Shown here piece by piece: positions 51,344-61,324 of a stretch of 64,000 nt of DNA. The DNA comes from an uncultured Gammaproteobacteria bacterium. GTDB lineage: Bacteria; Pseudomonadota; Gammaproteobacteria; JABCZS01. Within the stretch, counting starts at the first letter, position 1. Each line of letters starts with the position of its first letter. Both the position numbers and the translations under genes were made by a program. The stretch covers positions 1,024,001 to 1,088,000 of the forward strand of contig CAWKDC010000001.1 of NCBI GenBank assembly GCA_963848305.1, given 5' to 3'. The notes below the pieces were generated by a model. That model searched no databases. It was not told the DNA's origin and was given only the letters and a program-made list of their open reading frames with translations.

Positions 51344-53200
51344 ATTTCTTATCTTCCTCGTCCTTTTCCTCTTCTTCGAGGAAACTGCGGAGCAGCTCAG
51401 CGCGAGAAGGATGACGAAGCTTACGCAGGGCTTTAGCCTCAATTTGACGAATACGCTCGCGCGTCACGTCGAATTGTTTACCGACTTCTTCCAACGTATG
51501 ATCGGTATTCATTTCAATACCGAAACGCATACGCAACACTTTAGCTTCACGGGCTGTCAGCGTAGACATCATGTACGCCATGGCTTCTTGCAAACCCTTT
51601 TGCGTCGCGATTTCGAGCGGTGAATAAATATTCGTGTCTTCAATAAAATCGCCCAAAGAGGAATCGTCATCGTCACCCACAGGGGTTTCCATGGAGATGG
51701 GCTCTTTGGCAATTTTCATGATTTTACGAATTTTATCTTCGCTCAATTCCATACGCACTGCCAATTCTTCTGGCGTGGCTTCACGGCCCATTTCCTGCAG
51801 CATTTGACGTGAAATACGATTCAGTTTATTGATCGTTTCAATCATATGAACAGGGATACGGATCGTGCGCGCTTGATCGGCAATTGAACGTGTGATGGCC
51901 TGACGGATCCACCAGGTCGCGTACGTCGAGAATTTATACCCACGGCGATGTTCAAATTTATCCACGGCTTTCATCAAACCGATATTGCCTTCTTGAATCA
52001 AATCCAAGAATTGCAAACCACGGTTCGTGTACTTCTTCGCAATGGAAATCACCAGACGCAAGTTCGCTTCCACCATTTCTTTTTTCGCACGGCGCGCTTT
52101 CGTTTCAGCCGAGGAAATAGCGCGATTCAATTCTTTGATCGCTGCAATGGTTAACTTGTGTTGCGATTCGAGTGCAGCCAACTTTTGCTGCGCTTCAAGG
52201 ATCGCCGGTTTTTTCGCAAGCAGTGCTTCTGCTTTTGATTTCACCGCTTTCTCTTTGGCAAACTCATCTACCCAATTCATATTGGTTTCATTGCCAGGGA
52301 AAGATGCGATGAAAGCATCGCGATCAATTCTCGCTTCCTTCACGCAGATTTTCATGATCGCACGTTCTTGCGCACGGATGGCATCAACCATGTCACGCAC
52401 CACGCCAATCACGTCATCAAATTGTTTCGGCACCAGTTTCGCAGTTTCAAGCACATTCGCCATTTCCAAGAATAACACTTGCGTGCGTGGATCATCAAAA
52501 CCATAAGTTTCCCAAGTTTTGAGATATTCTGGATACAATGTTTGAACAACCGCAAAACGTTTTTGCGTTTCGAGTGGATCGGGCCGGCGTCGGCTTCGTC
52601 CGTCACCACAGCGCCTGCAGATTCCTCTTCATCATCCGCCGCCAAATCAATTTCTTCAGCACCCACTGCTTCTGGCGCGACAACAGGATGATCAGCAGAG
52701 ACATCGATAAAGCCAATCAAGAAATCAACCAAACGCGATTCACCTGATTGAACTTTCACAAATTGCTCGAGCAAATATCCCACCAATGGAGGATAACTTG
52801 CCACGAGACGCATGACTTCTCGAATGCCTTCTTCAATGCGAATGGCAATGACAATTTCACCTTCGCGGGTTAAGAGTTCCACAGAACCCATTTCGCGCAT
52901 GTACATTCGAACAGGGTCCGTTGTGCGACCCAATTCATTCAAAGCAGCCAGCGCTGCCGCCGCTTCTTCTTCCACTTCTTCATCATTGGCGACTTGCGGG
53001 TCGGCCAATAAAGCTTCGTCCTCCGCTGGCGCTTCCTCAACAACAGGAATGTGCAAGTCTTCGGACAGGGTTAACATCAAGTCTTCCAACTGCTCGGTAT
53101 CTGCATCGGGCAAGTAATCGTTTAACTGCTCTATTGTCAAATATCTTTGCTCTTTCCCTAGCGCAATCAATAATTTAAACTTTTCTTCCTCAATCTTCAT
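51342..53200 (-). CDS. rpoD: RNA polymerase sigma70 (frameshift near 52581-52585)
   Basis: [44 protein letters not shown]. Confidence 0.97.
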
Positions 53201-53346
53201 ATCTACCTACTTCGTGAACAGTGCCCATATTATAAGAGAACGTATAGACGCCCCCTCAGTCTTTTGGATTGAACTTTTGTGCATGTGCTTACCCGAAGCC
53301 ACACCAATGGGTAAGACCGCACTTTTTATAAAAGTTCAATGTATTT

Positions 53347-55071
53347 TCAGGTTTGGTCTGTACTGGTGAGAAAATCTCGGATTTGCTGTCGCTCGCTGTC
53401 CGTCAGCCCATGGAAACCCACGGCCTTGGCCCTTTCGTGAAGTGTCGTCATCTCTATCTCCCTCAATCTCTTACCCAACTGACCTAGAATACCTTTAAAT
53501 TCTTCTTCTGCTTCTTTTTCTGTCAACACTGAGGGTATAGCGGCAAGTTCGGCTAAATATTTAGCTTCACTTTCATCATGCCACACTGCTAACAACTGCC
53601 CTGTGTTGTTTGCGCCATTTTTCTTCATAGACTGTGCCAATTCAACCAATAAAGTCACTTGCGGATCATTGAGGGTGAGAAGCACATCCTGTGCATCCAT
53701 CCAACGAACCAAAGCGGGTTGCTTGAGCAACATTCCGATAGCGCGTTCATATAACGTTTGTTTGCGCGATGTTTTGTTTAGTACCGTTTCCTCTTTCGCA
53801 ACATGCAATGTTGTGCGAAGTGTTCCGACATCTAAACGTGTGTATCGCGCTAACTCATCTAACAACAAACTTCTGTATACATCACTGCTCATTTTATCAA
53901 GATACGGTTTTGCTAATTCAGCAAGACGCGCTCTTCCATCTAAGCTACTAATCTCGACTTCACTGAGAAGATGTTCAATGATCATAGACGACAAATGTTC
54001 AGATTGTGCAAGTCTTTTTAAAAATTTTTCTTTCCCTTCTGATCTGATTAAGCTATCTGGATCGTGTTCAGTCGGTAAAAATAAAAATTTTATTTGTCTC
54101 CCTTGCGAAACCATCGGCAATGCGTGCTCCAATGCACGCAATGCAGCATTGCGTCCAGCCTTATCACCATCAAAACAAATCACAACTTCGGACGTGACTT
54201 GATACAACAACGATAAGTGTTGTGGTGTCAATGCAGTGCCCAATGTCGCCACTACATTAGACACCCCATGCTGCGCTAATGCAATAACATCCATGTAGCC
54301 TTCGACCACAATGATGGTAGGACATTTCTGATTTATTTGTAAGCATTCGTACAGTCCGTAAAGTTGACCACCTTTATGAAATAAAGCCGTTTCGGGAGAA
54401 TTTAAATATTTCGGTTCACCTTGGTCCAAAATACGACCACCAAATGCAATCACACGTCCGCGTTTGTCACGTATTGGAAACATGATTCTGTCGCGGAAGC
54501 GATCATATTTTTTGCCATCTTCTTTTTGTGTGATCATACCGGTTTGTAATAAATCGTCGTGATCTTTTGGAAAGTGACGCAACACATTATCCCAACCTGC
54601 GGGTGCGTATCCTACACGAAAACGTTTGCAGATTTGTCCTGTCAATCCGCGTTTTTTTAAATATTGAATCGCACGATCAGAGTCTTTTAACTGCTTTTCA
54701 TAATACGTAGCAACTTGGTCAAGTAGCGTATAAAAATGTGTCGTGGCAATCGCTTTAGAAGGTTCTGCATTGCCTTCGCGTGGAACAGGAATACCTGCTG
54801 TTGTGGCGAGTGTTTCAATCGCTTCTACAAAAGATAAATGTCCGTGATTCATTAAAAAACGAATTGCATCACCACTTGCACCACAACCGAAGCAATAATA
54901 AAATTGTTTTTGCGGACTGACTGTGAATGAAGGCGATTTTTCTTGGTGAAATGGACAACATGCAGAAAATTCGCGGCCTTGTTTTTTAAGAGGAACGTAT
55001 TGACTGATGACATCGACAATGTCAATGCGGGAAAGGAGTTCGGGGATGAAGGTGTCGGGGATGCGGGACAT
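53347..55071 (-). CDS. dnaG: DNA primase
   Basis: CPFH...CFGC zinc finger, KYLNSPET, VEGYMDV, CFDGDKAG. Confidence 0.97.
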   Translation of the reverse strand: MSRIPDTFIPELLSRIDIVDVISQYVPLKKQGREFSACCPFHQEKSPSFTVSPQKQFYYCFGCGASGDAIRFLMNHGHLSFVEAIETLATTAGIPVPREGNAEPSKAIATTHFYTLLDQVATYYEKQLKDSDRAIQYLKKRGLTGQICKRFRVGYAPAGWDNVLRHFPKDHDDLLQTGMITQKEDGKKYDRFRDRIMFPIRDKRGRVIAFGGRILDQGEPKYLNSPETALFHKGGQLYGLYECLQINQKCPTIIVVEGYMDVIALAQHGVSNVVATLGTALTPQHLSLLYQVTSEVVICFDGDKAGRNAALRALEHALPMVSQGRQIKFLFLPTEHDPDSLIRSEGKEKFLKRLAQSEHLSSMIIEHLLSEVEISSLDGRARLAELAKPYLDKMSSDVYRSLLLDELARYTRLDVGTLRTTLHVAKEETVLNKTSRKQTLYERAIGMLLKQPALVRWMDAQDVLLTLNDPQVTLLVELAQSMKKNGANNTGQLLAVWHDESEAKYLAELAAIPSVLTEKEAEEEFKGILGQLGKRLREIEMTTLHERAKAVGFHGLTDSERQQIRDFLTSTDQT

Positions 55072-55102
55072 TTCATTCTCCTTGAAAAGGTGGCAGCCAT
55101 GT

Positions 55103-55159
55103 CGGTAGATTGATAGGCTCTTTCGAGCCCATCAAGGGTGCAGCATGCTGCACCCCTAC
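55103..55159. repeat. Pair of opposed GTAG-tagged hairpins (REP doublet)
   Basis: GTAGATTGATAGGCTC-TTTC-GAGCCCATCAA followed by GGGTGCAGCATGCTGCACCCCTAC. Confidence 0.65.
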
Positions 55160-55602
55160 AATAGGTTTTTCACCATCTCTCCGACAGGACCCATCTCTGC
55201 ACGGCCAGCCAGCTTGGGCTTTAAAATCGCCATGACGCGGCCCATGTCTTTAACACTGGTGGCACCTGATTCAGCAATAGCCGCAGCTACAAGGGCTTTT
55301 AATTCGTCAGGAGAGAGCTGCTCAGGCAAATAGACTTGCAGCAGGGTTAATTCGGCGCGCTCTTTGTCTGCCAAGTCTTGGCGAGCGGCAGCATCGTATT
55401 GTGCGATAGATTCACGGCGTTGCTTCACCATCTTTTCGATGATGGCAACGATCTGGGCGTCATCGAGCAGAATGCGCTCGTCGACTTCCCGTTGCTTCAC
55501 GGCCGCCAAGATGAGGCGAATGGTTTGAAGGCGTTCTTTCTCAGCCGCCTTCATCGCCGTTTTCATGTCATCTTGCAAGCGAACCTTTAAGGTTTGACTC
55601 AC
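55156..55602 (-). CDS. GatB/YqeY domain protein
   Basis: DMKTAMKA, KQRRESI, YLPEQLS, KDMGRVM; between rpsU and dnaG. Confidence 0.93.
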   Translation of the reverse strand: MSQTLKVRLQDDMKTAMKAAEKERLQTIRLILAAVKQREVDERILLDDAQIVAIIEKMVKQRRESIAQYDAAARQDLADKERAELTLLQVYLPEQLSPDELKALVAAAIAESGATSVKDMGRVMAILKPKLAGRAEMGPVGEMVKNLL

Positions 55603-55605
55603 AGG

Positions 55606-55885
55606 TTAATCCTTGTCAATGAAACTACCCAAACCACCGCAACCACCGACGCCACCTTTATGATGTTCGCGACCGTTGAGCAATTGCTTGATTTCTCTGG
55701 ATATTTTCTTATGTAGGCGTTTAACAGCCATCTGTTTCGGCCCGGCGACGGGTCTCAGATCTCGTTTGAAAACCTTGCGCGCGGCGACGTGCATTGGCTG
55801 CACGGCCTGATTTATCACAGTACCGTCTGAAACGGCGTAAGAGAGACTCGACTGTTTCATGTTCTCGAGCTTTAATACCCTCCAT
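55606..55885 (-). CDS. rpsU: 30S ribosomal protein S21, divergent and extended (frameshift near 55739-55743)
   Basis: MEGIKAREHETVESLLRRFRRYCDKSG...AVKRLHKKISRE; RBS GGAGG; synteny. Confidence 0.85.
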
Positions 55886-55996
55886 AAGGAACACCTCCAC
55901 CTATTTAGTTTGATATATACGTAACAGCTGTTTAACACAGCTGCCGTAGTATATATGCATTGTAGCGTTTGGGCAAGGGGGTTTAGCGCCCCCAAC

Positions 55997-56031
55997 AAGA
56001 ATGCCGCCCCCATGAAAGGAGCGGCATTCTT
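55997..56031 (-). terminator. Terminator hairpin after porin paralogue 2
   Basis: AAGAATGCCGC...GCGGCATTCTT. Confidence 0.7.
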
Positions 56032-56048
56032 AATTAAACACAATGCGA

Positions 56049-57020
56049 TTAGAACTTGTAGGACAGAGTTGCCACGATGGTGCTTGTGCTGGAGCTCAAA
56101 TCTTGAGCGTGGTCAGCATATTCCAGATGGAGATTCGTGCCCATATCGTCAGAAACGGGGTAATTTGAATCTACGAACAGATGGTTCCCGCCGTTAGCCA
56201 AGGAGTCCAAATCGCCATAATGGGTGTAAGCGTATTCTAACCCCAGGAAAAAATGCTCGGACAACGCTTGGCGGATACCCACACCAGCAGTCACACCCAA
56301 TTGGTATTTGGAATTACTGCTAGAATCGGTCAATGTGGCATCCCAAGCATTATTGCAGCTCACAAGATTTACGCAATTCGTGTCAGTGAGCCCGTTATTG
56401 TTGTATGTGCTGTTCAATGTGCTTTCGAAGTTACCCCAACGTGAACCGACCAATGCATAGATCAAGGTGTTGTGACGCACTACAAACCCGGCCTTGAACA
56501 GGAGGGCAAAATCGTTTTCTAACTCAACGTTTAACGTGCTCGAGACATTAGTATAGTTGTCGAAATAAGCCATATCATCGGTCGTGAAAGCATGATCAAA
56601 CGTGTTCAACGTATTGTTGAACTCCACATTGTTAAAGCCCGCTATCGCGGCAAGACCTAACAGAAAACCATTATGGAATTGGTAAGCATATTCAATACCT
56701 ACCGAGCCGGCGATATTGGCTTCAGCCAATTCCAACTTGTCAGACAAGGTCTCATTGTTTTCAGCAGTGAAACCATAACCAGGGGGCGTGAGAGTTGCCC
56801 CATCTCCAGCAGCGCTTTGGCCAGTGAAATTTTGAGTTGCATCCAACTGCGCAGTAATACCGCCGAGAGCACCCGTGATGCTAAAGCCGTTGAAAAGGCG
56901 TGGGGCAGCGTGGTGTTGAGGGCGCCCTTCGTGCTTGTAAGCAGGCGTATTCATGCCGCCCGCAAAAGCCACATTGGCCAATACGATGGGCGATAAACAG
57001 AGTAGTGCAAGTTTCTTCAT
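56049..57020 (-). CDS. Outer-membrane beta-barrel porin-like protein, paralogue 2
   Basis: Signal peptide, GLEYAYTHYG, terminal SYKF. Confidence 0.85.
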   Translation of the reverse strand: MKKLALLCLSPIVLANVAFAGGMNTPAYKHEGRPQHHAAPRLFNGFSITGALGGITAQLDATQNFTGQSAAGDGATLTPPGYGFTAENNETLSDKLELAEANIAGSVGIEYAYQFHNGFLLGLAAIAGFNNVEFNNTLNTFDHAFTTDDMAYFDNYTNVSSTLNVELENDFALLFKAGFVVRHNTLIYALVGSRWGNFESTLNSTYNNNGLTDTNCVNLVSCNNAWDATLTDSSSNSKYQLGVTAGVGIRQALSEHFFLGLEYAYTHYGDLDSLANGGNHLFVDSNYPVSDDMGTNLHLEYADHAQDLSSSTSTIVATLSYKF

Positions 57021-57108
57021 GGTCTCATCCTTGAGTTAATGAATAAGGGAACAACGATAATACCGTTGATTGTATCCATCATAGATCAACCTGGCGAAAA
57101 ATGCTAAC

Positions 57109-57145
57109 AAAAAATGCCGCCCCTTGTGAAGGAAGCGGCATTCTT
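57109..57145 (-). terminator. Terminator hairpin after porin paralogue 1
   Basis: AATGCCGC...GCGGCATT with a T-run; homologous to 55997-56031. Confidence 0.75.
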
Positions 57146-57165
57146 ATTTGAGCCAAACGATGTGA

Positions 57166-58113
57166 TTAGAACTTGTAGGATAAAGTCGCCATCACGGTGT
57201 TGGTTCTAGAAGCGAGATCTTGAGCGGCAGCAGAGAAAGCCACTCTTGATGTAATTGCTTCACCACCATGCGCAGGATTAGTAAAAAACTCAGGACCTGC
57301 AGTATTCAACAGCTCATCTAAATCACCATAGTGGGTGTAAGCATATTCCAAGCCCAGCATGACATGATCTGCAATCACTTGACGTATACCCACACCAGCG
57401 GTGATACCCACTTGGTATTTGGAATTGCTGGCTGAGTCAGTTAATGTGCCATTCCAGCCGCTGTCACAATCGTCTGGGCTGTCGCAATCAATGCCCCCAT
57501 TGTTATTGTAACTGCTGCTCAACGTGGTATGGAAATTACCCCAACGTGGGCCGACCAAGGCATAAATCAACGTGTTTTCACGTACTACAAAGCCAGGTTT
57601 GAACAGGATAGCAAAATCATTGTCCAGCTTGGCTTTCAATGTAACATCTGCATTGTTGTAATTAATGTAATTAGTATCTTCGTCATTCAGATAAGTGAAG
57701 TCGGATGTTGTCACAGTATTATCGACATCCACATAGTTAAAGCCTGCGGTAGCCGCAATACCCATCAGAAAACCATTGTGGAATTGGAAAGCATATTCAA
57801 TACCGACTAAGCCAGCCACGTTGGTTTCGGTCAACTCCAAATTATCAGAAGAAGTGAGGCTACTGAAAATATCGGTACCTTCGATACTCATGACTTCTGT
57901 TTCACTGCGGCCCAATACGTTTTGAGCGGCATCCACTTCAGCCGCAATCCCGCCGACAGCACCCGTGATGCTGAAGCCGTTAAAATAGCGTGGGGCTGTG
58001 TGATGATGGTGAGGACGTGCTTCGTGCTTGTAAGCAGGTGTGTTCATGCCGCCAGCAAATGCAACATTGGCGAGCACAAGGGGAGAAATACATAAGAGTG
58101 TCAATCTTTTCAT
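57166..58113 (-). CDS. Outer-membrane beta-barrel porin-like protein, paralogue 1
   Basis: Collinear with 56049..57020; terminal SYKF. Confidence 0.85.
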   Translation of the reverse strand: MKRLTLLCISPLVLANVAFAGGMNTPAYKHEARPHHHHTAPRYFNGFSITGAVGGIAAEVDAAQNVLGRSETEVMSIEGTDIFSSLTSSDNLELTETNVAGLVGIEYAFQFHNGFLMGIAATAGFNYVDVDNTVTTSDFTYLNDEDTNYINYNNADVTLKAKLDNDFAILFKPGFVVRENTLIYALVGPRWGNFHTTLSSSYNNNGGIDCDSPDDCDSGWNGTLTDSASNSKYQVGITAGVGIRQVIADHVMLGLEYAYTHYGDLDELLNTAGPEFFTNPAHGGEAITSRVAFSAAAQDLASRTNTVMATLSYKF

Positions 58114-58189
58114 GGTGTGTTCCTTTAATCTAAGTGTATAGGGGAAACAACGATAAAACTGTTGATTCTATGTTAGCTTAGTTAAGGAA

Positions 58190-59185
58190 TTATAAAAGAT
58201 CCAGTGACCAGCGTGGTTTGACGTCTATGGCTAAATCAGATCGCTGCCCTCGCATCAAGCGCTGGCAACCGGCGAAGGCAATCATGGCGCCATTGTCTGT
58301 GCAAAACTCTTGGCGCGGGTAAAAGATCTCAACCCCGCGTTCTCGCCCCATGCGGTCAAACACTTCCCGCAGGTAGGTATTCGCACTCACCCCGCCCGAC
58401 ACCACCAACTGAGGATAGTGCCCTTCATCAAGCGCCCGCTCGCATTTAATCCGCAAGGTATTGACAATGGCTTCTTCAAAAGCTGCAGCAATATCCGCTT
58501 TGGCATCGGGATGTTGTGTGAAGGTATTCAGCGCAAATGTTTTTAAGCCGCTGAAGCTGAAGTCTAGCCCAGGGCGATCAGTCATGGGACGAGGGAAACG
58601 AAAACGGTGGCGATTCCCTGTAAGCGCCAATTTGGCTAAGGCAGGACCGCCGGGATATCCCAACCCCAAAATTTTGGCGGTTTTATCGAACGCTTCGCCA
58701 GCGGCATCATCAACCGATTCGCCCAGCACACGGTATTGCCCAAACGCTTGAACATCGATCAGCATGGTGTGGCCACCGGAAACGAGCAAGGCTAAAAATG
58801 GATAACTGGGTTGCTGCTCTTCGAGAAAAGGTGCGAGCAAATGCCCTTCCATATGATGCACGCCAATCGCCGGCACATTCCATGCGTACGCCAATGAACG
58901 CCCCAATGAAGCGCCAACCAATAATGCCCCGACCAAACCGGGCCCCATGGTGTAAGCAACGCCATCGATCTCATTTGCCTTTAAGCCTGCTTGGGCAAGC
59001 ACCCGTTCAATGATAGGCAATATTTTTTGGATATGATCGCGCGATGCCAGTTCCGGCACGACGCCGCCATATTCGGCATGCAGCGCGACTTGGCTGTACA
59101 ATTCATGCGCCAATAAACCACGCTCTGAATCAACAATGGCAATGCCTGTTTCATCACAGGAAGTTTCTATCCCCAATACCTTCAA
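58190..59185 (-). CDS. tsaD: tRNA N6-threonylcarbamoyltransferase
   Basis: [27 protein letters not shown]. Confidence 0.97.
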   Translation of the reverse strand: MKVLGIETSCDETGIAIVDSERGLLAHELYSQVALHAEYGGVVPELASRDHIQKILPIIERVLAQAGLKANEIDGVAYTMGPGLVGALLVGASLGRSLAYAWNVPAIGVHHMEGHLLAPFLEEQQPSYPFLALLVSGGHTMLIDVQAFGQYRVLGESVDDAAGEAFDKTAKILGLGYPGGPALAKLALTGNRHRFRFPRPMTDRPGLDFSFSGLKTFALNTFTQHPDAKADIAAAFEEAIVNTLRIKCERALDEGHYPQLVVSGGVSANTYLREVFDRMGRERGVEIFYPRQEFCTDNGAMIAFAGCQRLMRGQRSDLAIDVKPRWSLDLL

Positions 59186-59767
59186 TTACTTCGCTCCCAT
59201 TTTGGATTCAGTGCCCAAAAGCAACCGTTTGATATTCTCACGGTGACGATAAAGCAAGATAGCAGACATCATAAACCAAGGCAATGCGGCCAGGGGTTGA
59301 AGGATAAATGCAACGGCAGGCACGACCAAGGCCATCATCATGGCGGATAAAGAAGAGTAGCGGGTGATCGCAGCGGTGATCAACCAAATCCCAATCCCGC
59401 CTAAAGCAAGCCAGGGATTCGCGGCCAATAATGCACCTATATAGGTGGCAACGCCCTTTCCTCCTTTGAATTCAAAAAAGAGGGGGTAAACATGACCCAA
59501 AAAGACGCACAATGCCGTGAGGCCAATCATCAAGGGACTTCCGCCCCATATGGCCACAGGCAACACGGCCAGAACGCCTTTCAAGGCATCCCCGAATAAC
59601 ACCAGTGCGGCGAGCTTTTTGCCACCGAAACGCAAAACATTGGTGGCGCCAGGGTTTCCAGAGCCCTGTGAACGCGGATCTGGTAAACCGGCCAGTTTAC
59701 AGAGTATAATGGCGCTCGAGACCGAGCCGAGCAGGTAGGCAATGATAAACCAGACAATATAAAGCAT
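59186..59767 (-). CDS. plsY: Glycerol-3-phosphate acyltransferase
   Basis: GSGNPGATN, FKGGKGVAT, HRENIKRL. Confidence 0.95.
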   Translation of the reverse strand: MLYIVWFIIAYLLGSVSSAIILCKLAGLPDPRSQGSGNPGATNVLRFGGKKLAALVLFGDALKGVLAVLPVAIWGGSPLMIGLTALCVFLGHVYPLFFEFKGGKGVATYIGALLAANPWLALGGIGIWLITAAITRYSSLSAMMMALVVPAVAFILQPLAALPWFMMSAILLYRHRENIKRLLLGTESKMGAK

Positions 59768-59811
59768 AGGGTCACCTTTCGATATTGCAGACATTTTAGC
59801 GGGTTTTTAGC

Positions 59812-60165
59812 ATGGATACTATCATTATCAAACAATTGAAGGTTCACACCGTGATCGGCGTGTTTCCGATTGAGCGTCAAATCCAGCAAACCTTGCTGCT
59901 GGATCTGGAATTGGCGACTGATGCGGCCCTGATCGCCACCACAGATTCTTTGGTCCATGCGGTTGATTATGCCGCCGTTTCTCTTTTTATAGCACAATTT
60001 GCTTCGACTCATCATTTTCACATGATCGAAACATTTGCACAGCGCTTGAGTGAAGCGCTCTCTGCGCAATTTAAAATACGCCGACAAATCATCACGGTAT
60101 ATAAGACCGGCGCGGTATTAAGCGCGCAAACAGTGGGCATTCGCATTCAGCGAGGGGAAATATAA
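59812..60165 (+). CDS. folB: Dihydroneopterin aldolase
   Basis: IGVFPIER, VDY, IETFA; divergent from plsY. Confidence 0.9.
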   Translation: MDTIIIKQLKVHTVIGVFPIERQIQQTLLLDLELATDAALIATTDSLVHAVDYAAVSLFIAQFASTHHFHMIETFAQRLSEALSAQFKIRRQIITVYKTGAVLSAQTVGIRIQRGEI

Positions 60166-61041
60166 ATGGATGTGATCAATGTCGGCTCTCTCAATTTAGA
60201 TTTTGTGTATCGCGTGGATCATTTCGCCCTGCCCGGTGAAACACAAAGTGCACGTCAATTTGATGTCCACATGGGTGGAAAAGGATTGAATCAATCCATT
60301 GCACTGTCCCGCGCGGGCTTGAAAGTCGCGCATGTGGGCGCGATTGGTAGCGATGGAGAAGCGTTGCGCAACACGCTGAAACAAGATAATGTCGATATTA
60401 CATTTGTGCGCCATTCTGAAAAACGCAGCGGGCATGCAATCATTCAAGTCGTGAGCAGTGGACAAAATGCGATCATCATTGAAGGTGGCGCCAATCATGA
60501 TTTAAGCGCCGAACAACTCGAAGAAGCGCTCAATCATTTTCGGCCGAAAGCATTGGTATTGCAAAACGAAACGAATATCATCAACGACACATTATTGCTC
60601 GCGAAACAACGCGGTTTGAAAATCTTTTACAATCCTGCTCCGCTATTGCCTGAGACAAATCATTTCGCATTAGAGGTCGTGGATGTCTTGATTGTAAATG
60701 AAATAGAAGCACAAGGGTTGTGTGGTAATGGTGCGCCTGAAGAGCAACTCAAACTATTACGCGAACGTTGCCACCCTGATATATTGTGCGTATTAACATT
60801 GGGTGCGCAAGGCGTGTGGATATTGCAGGATCGCGAGCCGGCGCATTTTCCCGCCTTTCCCGTTGAACGCGTGGTCGATACCACTGCGGCGGGCGATACC
60901 TTTATCGGCTTTTTCATGGCTGGGTTATTGCGTGCATTATCGGTCGAAGAAGCGGTTTTGCAGGGCATGCGCGCCGCCAGCATCTGCATCACCCGCGAAG
61001 GTGCCGCGGCGTCGATCCCGCATGATATTGTCACTTTTTGA
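60166..61041 (+). CDS. rbsK: Ribokinase (PfkB family)
   Basis: GSLNLD, GGKGLNQ, NEIEA, DTTAAGDTF. Confidence 0.9.
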   Translation: MDVINVGSLNLDFVYRVDHFALPGETQSARQFDVHMGGKGLNQSIALSRAGLKVAHVGAIGSDGEALRNTLKQDNVDITFVRHSEKRSGHAIIQVVSSGQNAIIIEGGANHDLSAEQLEEALNHFRPKALVLQNETNIINDTLLLAKQRGLKIFYNPAPLLPETNHFALEVVDVLIVNEIEAQGLCGNGAPEEQLKLLRERCHPDILCVLTLGAQGVWILQDREPAHFPAFPVERVVDTTAAGDTFIGFFMAGLLRALSVEEAVLQGMRAASICITREGAAASIPHDIVTF

Positions 61042-61093
61042 CGATATTGTGCGAGAATGTTGGCATTGCAGCCATTTTACAAAATAATCAATT

Positions 61094-61319
61094 AGGCCGC
61101 AGGCCTGATAGTTTTTAGCCCAGGGTGAGGTGCGCGCAGCGCACCGTAACCCTGGGTAATATTATGGCACAAGATATCAAGCGCTGAAGGCGCGTGACTT
61201 TGATTGAAATTTTTTCTTTCGCACTTTCAGTGCTCAACGCATTCTCTCATACATTTCCCAGGGTTACGGCGCGCTGCGCGCACCTCACCCTGGGCTAGCA
61301 GCTTTAAGGCCTCCGGCCT
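61094..61319. mobile_element. ~225-bp non-coding MITE-like element with long inverted repeats
   Basis: 41-bp IR at 61116-61156 and 61257-61297 (1 mismatch); outer AGGCC.CAGGCCT ends; inner GCGCTGAAGGCGCG/CGCACTTTCAGTGC arms. Confidence 0.75.
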
Positions 61320-61324
61320 TCTGA

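Noticed and set aside
871-55885. Real pseudogenisation or programmed frameshifting of groEL, priA, hemE, rpoD and rpsU
   Set aside because: These are core genes with otherwise intact sequences and no slippery heptamers; the lesions share a motif, so consensus error is more likely.
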